Source: a virus
IMG/VR virus record: IMGVR_UViG_3300042923_000253
Location: 5,455 to 69,454 of that record
DNA: 64,000 bases
Reading direction: 5' to 3' (one strand)
A model generated the notes under the pieces. It made no database searches and had not been told where the DNA came from. It was given only the letters and a program-made list of their open reading frames with translations. A program made the position numbers and the translations under genes. Each line of letters begins with the position of its first letter. Within the stretch, counting starts at the first letter, position 1. Shown here piece by piece: positions 19,232 through 28,615 of the stretch.

Positions 19232-19987
19232 CTATTGCTCATCAAATGGCAAATCAGTTTTACTAACCAAATCCCATATCTCTTCATCGTCATTCATCAG
19301 TCTATATAATTTCGTCTTGATCTTCCTTAGGATCTGTACCACACGTGTCCTTGATATTCCGAGTTCTTTGCCCATTTCCTCCTGTGTCTTGCCATTGTAC
19401 ATTATCTCTTTGAATAGAAGTTTCTCACGATCATTGAAGCACCATTCATTATTATCTACAATTTTGAGTATCTTACGAGCCAGAGCCAACCTACATTCGC
19501 TATCTACGCGGTCTATATAATCATCCTCTATACCATTATCTGCGTGATTCGATGTGTAGTTATATACTACAGTCTCAAACATATCTCCACCATCAGCTTC
19601 GACCGATTTATCTGGATCTGGGAAAATATTGTTCTTATAATATTTCAGTTCGCATTCATAGATATATCTGATACGTTGGTTGATATGATCTGTTATGAAT
19701 TTATTATATGTTGCTCTACCATCAATTGTGTACTTGAATAATGTATAATGTATAAACCAATAATCAGCATCTGCCACCAATTCATTGAATGGCTTTATCT
19801 TATGGCTACTATCATTAAAGTACTCACTCCACTTCTTACAGACACCCAATATCATCGGTTTAAACTGTTTTAGTAGTGCATCCATACTCTCTTCATATGC
19901 ATCACTTTGTGGGTCACTTTTGACAATGACAACGAGATCATTTATCCTATCTATCTTTGGATCCATACCTCTCTCTAATCTCGGCAT
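19232..19987 (-). CDS. Phage sigma70-family sigma factor
   Basis: Region-4 HTH REK......Y.GKTQEEMGKELGISRTRV.QI plus region-2-like helices. Confidence 0.8.
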   Translation of the reverse strand: MPRLERGMDPKIDRINDLVVIVKSDPQSDAYEESMDALLKQFKPMILGVCKKWSEYFNDSSHKIKPFNELVADADYWFIHYTLFKYTIDGRATYNKFITDHINQRIRYIYECELKYYKNNIFPDPDKSVEADGGDMFETVVYNYTSNHADNGIEDDYIDRVDSECRLALARKILKIVDNNEWCFNDREKLLFKEIMYNGKTQEEMGKELGISRTRVVQILRKIKTKLYRLMNDDEEIWDLVSKTDLPFDEQ

Positions 19988-19999
19988 CGGTTTATCCTC

Positions 20000-20596
20000 C
20001 TACTTAATCTTGAGTGAGGATTGACCGCTGGAACCGAAGCCAGTCTCACCACGTAATGATGCCGATAGACTATCAACCTCTTTAATACTGAAACCTTGGA
20101 TAACCCTCTCATGTAGGAGCAGTTGTATTAATCTATCGCCATGATGAATTGTCACTGATTCATTTCCCACGTTGAGGATCTGTGCAAACAACTCACCACG
20201 GTATCCCTCGTCTATTACACCCTTCGGTACTATTAATGATTGTTTGGATGTCGAACTCCTTGCCTCGATTGATGCCCAATATCCTTTTGGTATCTCAAGT
20301 TTAATACCTGTAGGGATAAGGTGTCTCTCGCCAGGATTAATGGTAATATATCCATGTATCAATTCATTAAGATATCCCTGATCTGGCTCCTCATTCATAT
20401 TCATGCATTGTTCATGATAATCGTCTACTGCAGTTTTCCATCCAGATTGATATGGCAATGTTGCTGGTATATCGAGTCCAACATCTCCATCCTTAGCAAT
20501 ACCTATCAGAGGAAACTCCTTTGCCAATTCATTACGTAATACCTTTAATTCCAGTTTATAACTTTTCCCTCTAAATGATAATCCAAATAGCTTCAT
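20000..20596 (-). CDS. dut: Trimeric dUTPase
   Basis: Five motifs: VGLDI, RSS, GVIDEGYRG, GDRLIQ, RGETGFGSSG; ~35-aa insertion after motif I. Confidence 0.88.
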   Translation of the reverse strand: MKLFGLSFRGKSYKLELKVLRNELAKEFPLIGIAKDGDVGLDIPATLPYQSGWKTAVDDYHEQCMNMNEEPDQGYLNELIHGYITINPGERHLIPTGIKLEIPKGYWASIEARSSTSKQSLIVPKGVIDEGYRGELFAQILNVGNESVTIHHGDRLIQLLLHERVIQGFSIKEVDSLSASLRGETGFGSSGQSSLKIK

Positions 20597-20653
20597 CCTA
20601 CTGTTCCTCCATTAACTTTTCAAGATTTTATTTGTTCCTACCTATACACAAAT

Positions 20654-20676
20654 ATAGGGCGGGTAAACCGCCCTAT
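20654..20676 (-). terminator. Intrinsic terminator-like hairpin after nrdD
   Basis: ATAGGGCGG-loop-CCGCCCTAT. Confidence 0.7.
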
Positions 20677-20704
20677 TAAATCTAGTTCTTGTTATATTAT
20701 GTTC

Positions 20705-22663
20705 TCACAGATTTCCAAGTTCGTTTCCGTTCGAATAGAATCTATGCGGTGCATCATGTTTACGTCTAGTTGGGTTCCAATCCTGTTCATCGCTGTAATA
20801 GCCAATTACTCTTGCTCTAGTTCGTGTCAAAGGTTTATGACACACTGGGCATTCATGAACTTCCTGTCCGACAATTGATGCCTTATGCTCATCACACTTA
20901 CCGAACCTATAGCATACTGCAAAGTGCGGTACACCACTCTTAGCGGCAAATTTCATGAGTTCGTACATCTTGCCCTCTGTGTCGATCGGTGCTTCACTAT
21001 TTACATGAACAATACCACCACCGCTGATCAGCTTCATAAATCTACCAGATAATTCGAGTCTAGTAACGATATCAGCCTTATGAACCAATGGGATATATTG
21101 ATTTGAATAAAGGTGAGTTTCGCTGAATAATTCATATACCGATTCACTTACATCTGATGGATCTAACATTAGCTTATCCTTATCGAGCATTGTGACACAT
21201 GCCTGTTCGCCAGGGATTTCCTCTGCATTAAATGTGCACTTGTATTCATTTCTAAGATCCTTGATCTTGCCTTTCAAATACTGCATGAAGTCCATTACGA
21301 ATTCTGTACCATCATCATCGGTGATCTCATATCCCATGAATTGACACATTTCATAGATACCAGTAAGACCGATTGTACTGAACATTGTATCAAGTGAGAA
21401 CCATCCGAGCTTACCGAAAAACTGTAGATATTCTGGTGTTCTCTCTATTCTCTTTTCCAGTATGTCACGTCTGTGTATATTCAATAATTTGCCAGCAACA
21501 TCAAGATAATCATCACATATCTCGATGAATTTGTCATTATCGCCACCAGATAATAGTGCCGCACGTGCAAAGTTAGGGGTAACAACCCTATGACTACCGA
21601 TATTAACTCCACCATTACCAAATGAATCTGGTGTTAGTTCCATATCATCCAAATCATTCTCATATCTACAGCACATTGCAATCTTTGATTTACCACCAAA
21701 ATGCAAATTGAAGTTGCCTAGTTTGATATTAGTACGTGCTGCCCACCTTACTGTTTCATCATCCATGAAATCACCATTCTTATCTGTAGTCGAGTTCATT
21801 GTTACAACTGGAAATCTGTATGGAAATCCAGTAATTGGATCACCTTGTGCAAACCATTCACAGAATACTCTCTGTAGTTTCATGATATACTCCATATCTG
21901 GTTTGGTATAATCTGGGAATGTGATGTGACCGAATAATGACTGTAATCCGATTCTATCATACATGGCTAAGTTGGTGAACGGAGGCTCACCCTCTGCACG
22001 ACCAGGTTCATTAAATAGACATACTAGGCTCTGTAGATCTTGGATTATTTCATCTCTACCCTCTTCTGTATCTGGGTCAATCTTCTCAAGCTTGCAGAAG
22101 TATGAGTACCACAGGAATAGATCTGATGGAGCAGTAGCACCAGCAAATTGCTTTGATAAATCAGAAATCAACTTATCAATCTGTGATAAGAATGATCTCT
22201 TGCGCTTGGGTGGTGTGTTCGGTGATGAACCATAAGGTCTGCCTTCAAATACAATCTTGTCAACACTGAATGCGAAGCAGTATGGCATCTGGATCCTTAG
22301 ACCGTGTGCATCATGGAAGTAAAGGTCGCCATTCCATATCATTGATATAGCCTTATCTGCGAACTCCTTACCATATCTCTTCATAGCATAGTACCATATC
22401 ATGTGATAACCCATCAGCTTCATCTGTCCATTGGATGTATGTGTTCTATACACCGTTGGGTTGATATTTGCGACATAATTCGAATTACCATCGGTCGAGA
22501 TATCTGAGAGTTTCTTCTCGAAGAAATTATGACTCTGTATTCCGATATCCAAATCATCTGGCGCTATACCCTCCATCTTTAATAACTTCAGCAATTTGGG
22601 ATTGTTGGTATATTCGTCATACAATTCCTCAAACTCTGGCATTAAACTAATACCTACATTCAT
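20705..22663 (-). CDS. nrdD: Anaerobic (class III) ribonucleotide reductase, no ATP cone
   Basis: Y.HD, PYC, FP..T.N, MCCR, GS..V.T.N, E.IP.E, C..H/CPVC zinc site, glycyl-radical RVIGY. Confidence 0.95.
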   Translation of the reverse strand: MNVGISLMPEFEELYDEYTNNPKLLKLLKMEGIAPDDLDIGIQSHNFFEKKLSDISTDGNSNYVANINPTVYRTHTSNGQMKLMGYHMIWYYAMKRYGKEFADKAISMIWNGDLYFHDAHGLRIQMPYCFAFSVDKIVFEGRPYGSSPNTPPKRKRSFLSQIDKLISDLSKQFAGATAPSDLFLWYSYFCKLEKIDPDTEEGRDEIIQDLQSLVCLFNEPGRAEGEPPFTNLAMYDRIGLQSLFGHITFPDYTKPDMEYIMKLQRVFCEWFAQGDPITGFPYRFPVVTMNSTTDKNGDFMDDETVRWAARTNIKLGNFNLHFGGKSKIAMCCRYENDLDDMELTPDSFGNGGVNIGSHRVVTPNFARAALLSGGDNDKFIEICDDYLDVAGKLLNIHRRDILEKRIERTPEYLQFFGKLGWFSLDTMFSTIGLTGIYEMCQFMGYEITDDDGTEFVMDFMQYLKGKIKDLRNEYKCTFNAEEIPGEQACVTMLDKDKLMLDPSDVSESVYELFSETHLYSNQYIPLVHKADIVTRLELSGRFMKLISGGGIVHVNSEAPIDTEGKMYELMKFAAKSGVPHFAVCYRFGKCDEHKASIVGQEVHECPVCHKPLTRTRARVIGYYSDEQDWNPTRRKHDAPHRFYSNGNELGNL

Positions 22664-22714
22664 TACACATATCCTCCTGTTATTGATTTATTTATGGTCA
22701 CCAGCATTACCATA

Positions 22715-23188
22715 CTAAACCATTACCCATTCGTCCTTTATCTTATGCCAGAGTTGTTGATTTGATGATGCAAGTTTACCATCACACTTCAAATCCTCTT
22801 CATATCTACCACATTTGATTACACTTATACAATCCCTTATAGCAAATGGTACATCATCGAAGTCATATCCAGTATATAGCCATATTTTGAGACCTTGGCA
22901 GTATAAATCACGACATAATTGATATATGTCCACAATACCTTGGTCTAATGGTTCTCCACCTAATAATACTACAGTATCGAAATCTAACTTCTCCGACTGT
23001 GTTACCACAATAGATACTACATTATCAACTGGTGTCGCAATACCAGAATTGAAATCCCACAATGCCTTATTCTGACAACCATCGCATCTGATTGTACATC
23101 CACTAAACCAGATTGTAAATGATGGCTTATCTTCACCAGCATTATTGACCATATCATATCTGTCATACTTTGCAATCGTTAACATCAC
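22715..23188 (-). CDS. nrdG: Anaerobic RNR activating enzyme (radical SAM)
   Basis: CxxxCxxC (CTIRCDGC), GGEP, W.YTG, SSNQ. Confidence 0.93.
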   Translation of the reverse strand: MMLTIAKYDRYDMVNNAGEDKPSFTIWFSGCTIRCDGCQNKALWDFNSGIATPVDNVVSIVVTQSEKLDFDTVVLLGGEPLDQGIVDIYQLCRDLYCQGLKIWLYTGYDFDDVPFAIRDCISVIKCGRYEEDLKCDGKLASSNQQLWHKIKDEWVMV

Positions 23189-23745
23189 GTTCCTCCTCTT
23201 CTATTGATAATCAGTACCTCATGTATTTTGTTGACAATACCCTGTATAACATCCTTCGGATCATCATCTCCAGCTACTTTATATACATTGTTCGCTGACA
23301 GTATAATCGGCATTGTATCCATCAGATAGTAATTTATTCTCTTCATGAATGAGTAGAGTGAATCATCACTTCTACCCCTTAATCGTGCTCTATCGAACAA
23401 TGTCCCAATGCGTGTATCCACATTTATACATACGAAGTTTATATCATAGAACGAATTAATTAACCATTCGTACTGTTCAACAAACCTTGGGAAACCATCC
23501 AATACCACTACATCGGTGTTCTCACGTTTCGCCTTGAGTAATGCCTTAGCAACTTCACCACGCATAATAACTTCTGGTGCCATTCCACCCTTACTAAGTG
23601 TGTCTGCTACATCAGTATGATCTCTTGCCAGATTACGTGCTATATCACCAGATGATACATATGGTACTTTGAGTCTGTCGCTTATCATCTTTGCAATGGT
23701 TGATTTACCACTACACGGTGCCCCAATAAATATTACAGCTACCAT
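23185..23745 (-). CDS. Adenylate-kinase-like nucleoside monophosphate kinase
   Basis: GAPCSGKST, S.GD..R, LDGFPR..Q, RGR.DD. AGGAGG RBS favours the start at 23745. Confidence 0.88.
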   Translation of the reverse strand: MVAVIFIGAPCSGKSTIAKMISDRLKVPYVSSGDIARNLARDHTDVADTLSKGGMAPEVIMRGEVAKALLKAKRENTDVVVLDGFPRFVEQYEWLINSFYDINFVCINVDTRIGTLFDRARLRGRSDDSLYSFMKRINYYLMDTMPIILSANNVYKVAGDDDPKDVIQGIVNKIHEVLIINRRGGT

Positions 23746-23821
23746 TCTATTATCCCTCCTCTTTCGTGTGTTTACATTTTGTATAGATATAAACACTTAT
23801 CTATGATAAACTACGTCACAG

Positions 23822-26449
23822 TTACACTTCCATCATCTGATAATTTGCTCCAGCAGAGAATACATCGATCAGTATACCCTTCTCACCCATACGATTCTTA
23901 CTGATATTCATTGTCTTATTACCATGCTCAATACCACGCTGGTTTATCTCCTCCTCAGATTTATCCTTGAGTGTGTAGTAATTATCAGCATCCTGTGCAA
24001 TTTCATATGATCCATATCCATGCTCAGCCTCTGCAGTTTCGGCTTCTAATGCTTGTTTACCCAACTGTGAAATTAAGACAACAGCTACGTCCATCTCTTT
24101 CGAGAATTGCTTCCATGCCTTGGATATTACACCTAACTCTCTACTTCTAGTGTCGGTACGTCTATCAGTAACATACTGTAATTGTGCATAATCAATTACA
24201 ATAATCTTAACATGGTTTGTCTGCACATATTTACGTGCTATAGCAAGTGATTCCGACAGATCATGACCACGCTCTGATATGTAGTAGGGTGATTGCATCA
24301 GCATAACTGCGGCTTGATCTAATATCATCTTCTCTTCTATTGTTATGTTGCCAGTAGCCAATGCCTGTGCATCAAGACCACTCAATATGGCGAGATTTCT
24401 GTACGTCATTCTGACTTCATCCATTTCCAACGAGAACCATAATGTAGGAACCTTTAATAGGCATGACCAATGCATACCGAAATTCTCACATAACTGTGTC
24501 TTACCGACTGTCTGATTTGCGGCAATTACTGTCAATGTTTTAGTCTGTAGACCGAGTGTATACCCATCCAACTTCTCAAAGTTCTTGCCGAACGACCAAC
24601 CTATTACTCTTACAGGGTTGTTCATTCTATCCATAATCAACTGCATGGTGGTCTTTACTTGATGACCAGCATCGAATATAAATTCGCTTGATTTATGATG
24701 CATTGTGTCATACATATTGGTCGATGCCTTATCTATTGTCAATGATACATCGGATGATAGGTCATTGAGCCTAAGTTTTGACTCCTCTAGTATTGACAAT
24801 GCCTTACGTCTGATCACCTTATCCTCGACATCTTTCAATGAGAATTCAACATTACCATCATTACTGTGTAGCTTCTCCAACCAACTGTGTGTTACTATGT
24901 TGTCAATGTTCATATTCTTAGCCAATACATACAATGACTCTATATCGGTGTATTCAGCTGATTTTAGTATCCTAAATAGATGCTTATGCTTTAATAGATA
25001 CCAATCATCGTCCTTGAACCTCATGGTCAGTTCTGGTATGAACTGTGGATTACGCATAGCCTCACCCAATAAAACCTCTTCGCCCTCAAGTGAGAATAAC
25101 TTAGCACCAGTAGCCTGTACAGTTGCTTGCATATAGTAATCTTCTATCTGTACTGGGTCTAATCCTATCTTCGATGCTATATGTGTGATCATTATCTGTC
25201 TGGTAACATTGTCGATAACCGCCACCATATATGGCTGTATGTTGAACATAAACTCCATTTTGGCTGTTGGTGTGGTCGCATCATTCCACTTACTGTCAAT
25301 AAGGTACTGGATCGCATATACCGCACTATCTATATATTCCTTGAGACTATCGGCACCGAACTTATTGATATATTCCTCTGGATCGTAACCCTCTGGCATT
25401 GTTGCTATTTTGAGCCTAACATTAGTCTTCAGTCCTAGGTATTTCTCTGCATTCTTGAGTGATTTATTTCTACCAGCCTTATCTCCATCCAATAACATAA
25501 CCAACTCTACAACACGATATTTATCCAATAGATCGAATGTATTCTGATTGATAGCAGTACCCAAGAAGCCGACAGCATTTATACCTTGTTGGACACAGGC
25601 AATTGTATCTGGCGCACCCTCAACTCCGATTAACCTACCCTTTGATGTTGGCAATTTACGTTTTGCAATTGGGAAACCGAATATACGATCTGTTTCATCG
25701 AATAGTGGATGTGTATCATCGCCACCAATGTATTTCATGCCAGGTAGTGGGTGGAAAGGTCTCGATTGGAAGTACCGCATCTTACCCATTGTGTCAGTTA
25801 TAGGGAATAATATCGCATCATTGAATTGACCTTTCCTATCCAGTTGTAATGCTAATGAGTTTGGTATATCACTGAATAAGTGTACTATACCATCGGTCAA
25901 TACTGGTGCATAACCGAGTTTGAATAATTCTATTGACTCATTTGTGATACCTCTACCGTGGAGATAATTAAGTGCATCTGGACTATTCATCAATCTCTGG
26001 TTCGCCTTTTCACGTGCCATATTGTTATCGTTGAATAGCTGGATCTTTACTTGCTCTTCCACTGATAATTCGACATAGTATGGCTGTAAATCGAAACCTT
26101 GTATCTCTGCTACTATCGCTATAGATTCCAAATGGTCTACATTAAATTTCCTACTGATATACTCAAATCTGTCGCCAGATATACCACAACCGAAGCAATG
26201 CCATAATTCTTTCGGTGGACATATAGTAAAGGAGGCGGTACTATCTCTAGTACCGTCCCTATCAACTGGATGCTCGTCGAGGTCACACTTCTTCTTATAT
26301 AAGTGATCACTAATCCTCTCAATTGGGTTTGAAGCATTGCCAGTCTCCTCTGAGTATCTACCATCAGCAAGTGACATAAATTGATCTAATGGCATATTAG
26401 CCTTTAGGTCTTGTCTAACTAAATCTATATCACCAAACTTTTTACTCAT
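23822..26449 (-). CDS. Fused DnaG primase - DnaB helicase
   Basis: Zn finger (C..H...CFGC), YL..RGI, KY, TOPRIM VEG..D and DGD.AG, then DnaB motifs A.QTVGKT, FSLEM, IDY.QL, SQL, QDAD, KNR.G. Confidence 0.92.
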   Translation of the reverse strand: MSKKFGDIDLVRQDLKANMPLDQFMSLADGRYSEETGNASNPIERISDHLYKKKCDLDEHPVDRDGTRDSTASFTICPPKELWHCFGCGISGDRFEYISRKFNVDHLESIAIVAEIQGFDLQPYYVELSVEEQVKIQLFNDNNMAREKANQRLMNSPDALNYLHGRGITNESIELFKLGYAPVLTDGIVHLFSDIPNSLALQLDRKGQFNDAILFPITDTMGKMRYFQSRPFHPLPGMKYIGGDDTHPLFDETDRIFGFPIAKRKLPTSKGRLIGVEGAPDTIACVQQGINAVGFLGTAINQNTFDLLDKYRVVELVMLLDGDKAGRNKSLKNAEKYLGLKTNVRLKIATMPEGYDPEEYINKFGADSLKEYIDSAVYAIQYLIDSKWNDATTPTAKMEFMFNIQPYMVAVIDNVTRQIMITHIASKIGLDPVQIEDYYMQATVQATGAKLFSLEGEEVLLGEAMRNPQFIPELTMRFKDDDWYLLKHKHLFRILKSAEYTDIESLYVLAKNMNIDNIVTHSWLEKLHSNDGNVEFSLKDVEDKVIRRKALSILEESKLRLNDLSSDVSLTIDKASTNMYDTMHHKSSEFIFDAGHQVKTTMQLIMDRMNNPVRVIGWSFGKNFEKLDGYTLGLQTKTLTVIAANQTVGKTQLCENFGMHWSCLLKVPTLWFSLEMDEVRMTYRNLAILSGLDAQALATGNITIEEKMILDQAAVMLMQSPYYISERGHDLSESLAIARKYVQTNHVKIIVIDYAQLQYVTDRRTDTRSRELGVISKAWKQFSKEMDVAVVLISQLGKQALEAETAEAEHGYGSYEIAQDADNYYTLKDKSEEEINQRGIEHGNKTMNISKNRMGEKGILIDVFSAGANYQMMEV

Positions 26450-26655
26450 TTTGTCCTTACCTCCAAACTGAATGACTTAATACTCGGATGTATCATCTGT
26501 TCAAATACTGATACATATATGTCGTCCACTACTATTGCGATACCACTAGGTACACTCGATGCCTTTCCAATTATATTACCTTGGTACGTTACAGGCATAT
26601 TTATCATATCTGAACTAAATGTATCACACACATCTACTATAAATGTTTTGCCCAT
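26446..26655 (-). CDS. Hypothetical protein
   Basis: GGAGG RBS; coupled. Confidence 0.5.
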   Translation of the reverse strand: MGKTFIVDVCDTFSSDMINMPVTYQGNIIGKASSVPSGIAIVVDDIYVSVFEQMIHPSIKSFSLEVRTK

Positions 26656-26667
26656 CTGTACTGCCTC

Positions 26668-27345
26668 CTATTTCATGATCTTATTAAATCTGCGCTCGAG
26701 TTCTGCATCTTCTTGTATCTTCTGCCAACTATATTGAGCCATAGCCATCTCAAGTGGTGTGTGCTGTTTCAATTCTCTATCGAGTATTGATGCCGATGTC
26801 TCCGCTCTGGTAACCAGTTTCTCCATCTTATGTTGCTCGATACCAGCCATTGCCACAGCTTTCTCAAGTATTGCATTAACATACTGGATGTTGTATACTC
26901 CACTCTTCCTAGCAGTATTAATCGCACTCAATATCATAGCCTCTGTGTATTTGTGTACCATGTCATAAATTATCTGTGCATCGCCAAGACTATAATCGGT
27001 TATTAGATATTGCGATATCCATACGAATGATGGATTACTTGTTGTCTCTATAGCCAATATTGGTGATCCCTCACGTCTTGCACTATTATTCATCGAGAAC
27101 ATCTGCTCTAATACTGGCACCCAATACTCAATAGTGAAATGCTTTGATGATTTCGTCCTCATATTCTTGAGCTTACTCTTGATACTGTTAAGTATCGGTG
27201 CGGCGAAATACTTCAATACAAGCTGATCTGCTACGTACATATGGGTTGGTATCACCATAATGCCGATATCATTCTTCTGTGCTTGTGTCTCCAGTTCCTG
27301 TAGTATTTTCCTCGACTCCCGACACATCATTCCCTGTGGTATCAT
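26668..27345 (-). CDS. DnaD/DnaB_2-like replication protein (putative helicase loader/initiator)
   Basis: I..AI..A......N..YV.AIL motif; next to the primase-helicase. Confidence 0.55.
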   Translation of the reverse strand: MIPQGMMCRESRKILQELETQAQKNDIGIMVIPTHMYVADQLVLKYFAAPILNSIKSKLKNMRTKSSKHFTIEYWVPVLEQMFSMNNSARREGSPILAIETTSNPSFVWISQYLITDYSLGDAQIIYDMVHKYTEAMILSAINTARKSGVYNIQYVNAILEKAVAMAGIEQHKMEKLVTRAETSASILDRELKQHTPLEMAMAQYSWQKIQEDAELERRFNKIMK

Positions 27346-27796
27346 TCACTTCATCCTCTCCGCTCCAGTTAGTAACATCCAATCCGAGGTGTTCCTCGAT
27401 TTTATTGATCGCTTGACATACCTTATTAAATCTAGAGTCTGTCATATCATTGGTTGCTCTTATCATACGCAATGTTATTCCATATGAATGTGATACAGCT
27501 TTATCAACATCAAGCATCGTTGCATTGGTACGGTCATGGTCGAATGACTGTTTAGCTTTCATTTTGATGTCTTGATATCTCTGGTATTCCACGATATCGT
27601 CATTATCACTTGATTGCTTACATGTAGTTATCATACGATTAGTTGCGATAGTAAACATATCTCTAATAGCCGCATGACAATCTGATGGATGCATCTTATC
27701 CAAGAAATCGTTCAATTCCTTTATTGTTTTTGCATTCTCGATACCAGTTCTGATTGACTCCATAATCTTCTCTAACTCTGCTCTACTCATTCCCAT
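27269..27796 (-). CDS. Hypothetical protein
   Basis: Coupled ORF in the replication operon. Confidence 0.55.
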   Translation of the reverse strand: MGMSRAELEKIMESIRTGIENAKTIKELNDFLDKMHPSDCHAAIRDMFTIATNRMITTCKQSSDNDDIVEYQRYQDIKMKAKQSFDHDRTNATMLDVDKAVSHSYGITLRMIRATNDMTDSRFNKVCQAINKIEEHLGLDVTNWSGEDEVNDTTGNDVSGVEENTTGTGDTSTEE

Positions 27797-28343
27797 CTCT
27801 CTTTACCTCCATAATTGCGTCTATAAACCAGACTGCATGATTTTTAAGATCATCAAGTGATCCATCATTCTTGATACAATAATCGTATTTATATTCTAAT
27901 ACATTATCGTCTGCTGCATTACCATATTCCTTATCAGCCTCATAACGAGTGACTAATATTGTACATACCTTAATACCGAGTGGCTCAAGTGCCTTCATAG
28001 CATTTCTGAATTTCTCAATCTCTTTCGGCTCACGGATATGTGTGAATATCACCACATCCTCATTCGATGATGTCTTGTCTGTGAGTACATTATTGATGAG
28101 ATATCCAGTTGGACCATTATTGTTACTTGCCCAAAATTCCTTGAGCATTGATAACATTGCTCTTGCACTATTTGTCTTGATTCCGTCCCAACCTAGATCC
28201 TTTAATACCTTTTTGACAGGATCGATTGACGATACCGATTTACAATGAGCGATCTCATTATCATCAATATACTTACAACATTTATTGATGAACGTATCCT
28301 TACCACTCTCTGGCTTACCATTCACTATTACAACGTATTTCAT
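27783..28343 (-). CDS. P-loop kinase (dNMP-kinase-like)
   Basis: NGKPESGKDT, GWDG.K...R..L, HIREP.E, I.NDGSL.DL. Confidence 0.8.
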   Translation of the reverse strand: MKYVVIVNGKPESGKDTFINKCCKYIDDNEIAHCKSVSSIDPVKKVLKDLGWDGIKTNSARAMLSMLKEFWASNNNGPTGYLINNVLTDKTSSNEDVVIFTHIREPKEIEKFRNAMKALEPLGIKVCTILVTRYEADKEYGNAADDNVLEYKYDYCIKNDGSLDDLKNHAVWFIDAIMEVKRDGNE

Positions 28344-28405
28344 GATATATCTCCTTTCTTTTGTCTACGATTTAATATTGATAAACATTGCTAATATAAT
28401 AATTA

Positions 28406-28615
28406 TTAACCATGTCTAACATTCTTCTGCTTGTCCCATCCTCCACCATCCTGTCTATAACAGTTGTAACCACTGTAGTATATCGTCTTTCCATTATCTA
28501 TAATCTTGTATATGCTACTCGGATTATAATAGAATGGTTTACCACAAACTGGGCATATCATCAAACCATTTTCATCACATGCCTGTTTGCTTTTGTTTCT
28601 ACCTAGTGCTGGCAT
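28406..28615 (-). CDS. Small zinc-finger (TRASH/MYM-like) protein
   Basis: CPVCGK.F ... Y..C; GGAGG RBS. Confidence 0.5.
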   Translation of the reverse strand: MPALGRNKSKQACDENGLMICPVCGKPFYYNPSSIYKIIDNGKTIYYSGYNCYRQDGGGWDKQKNVRHG

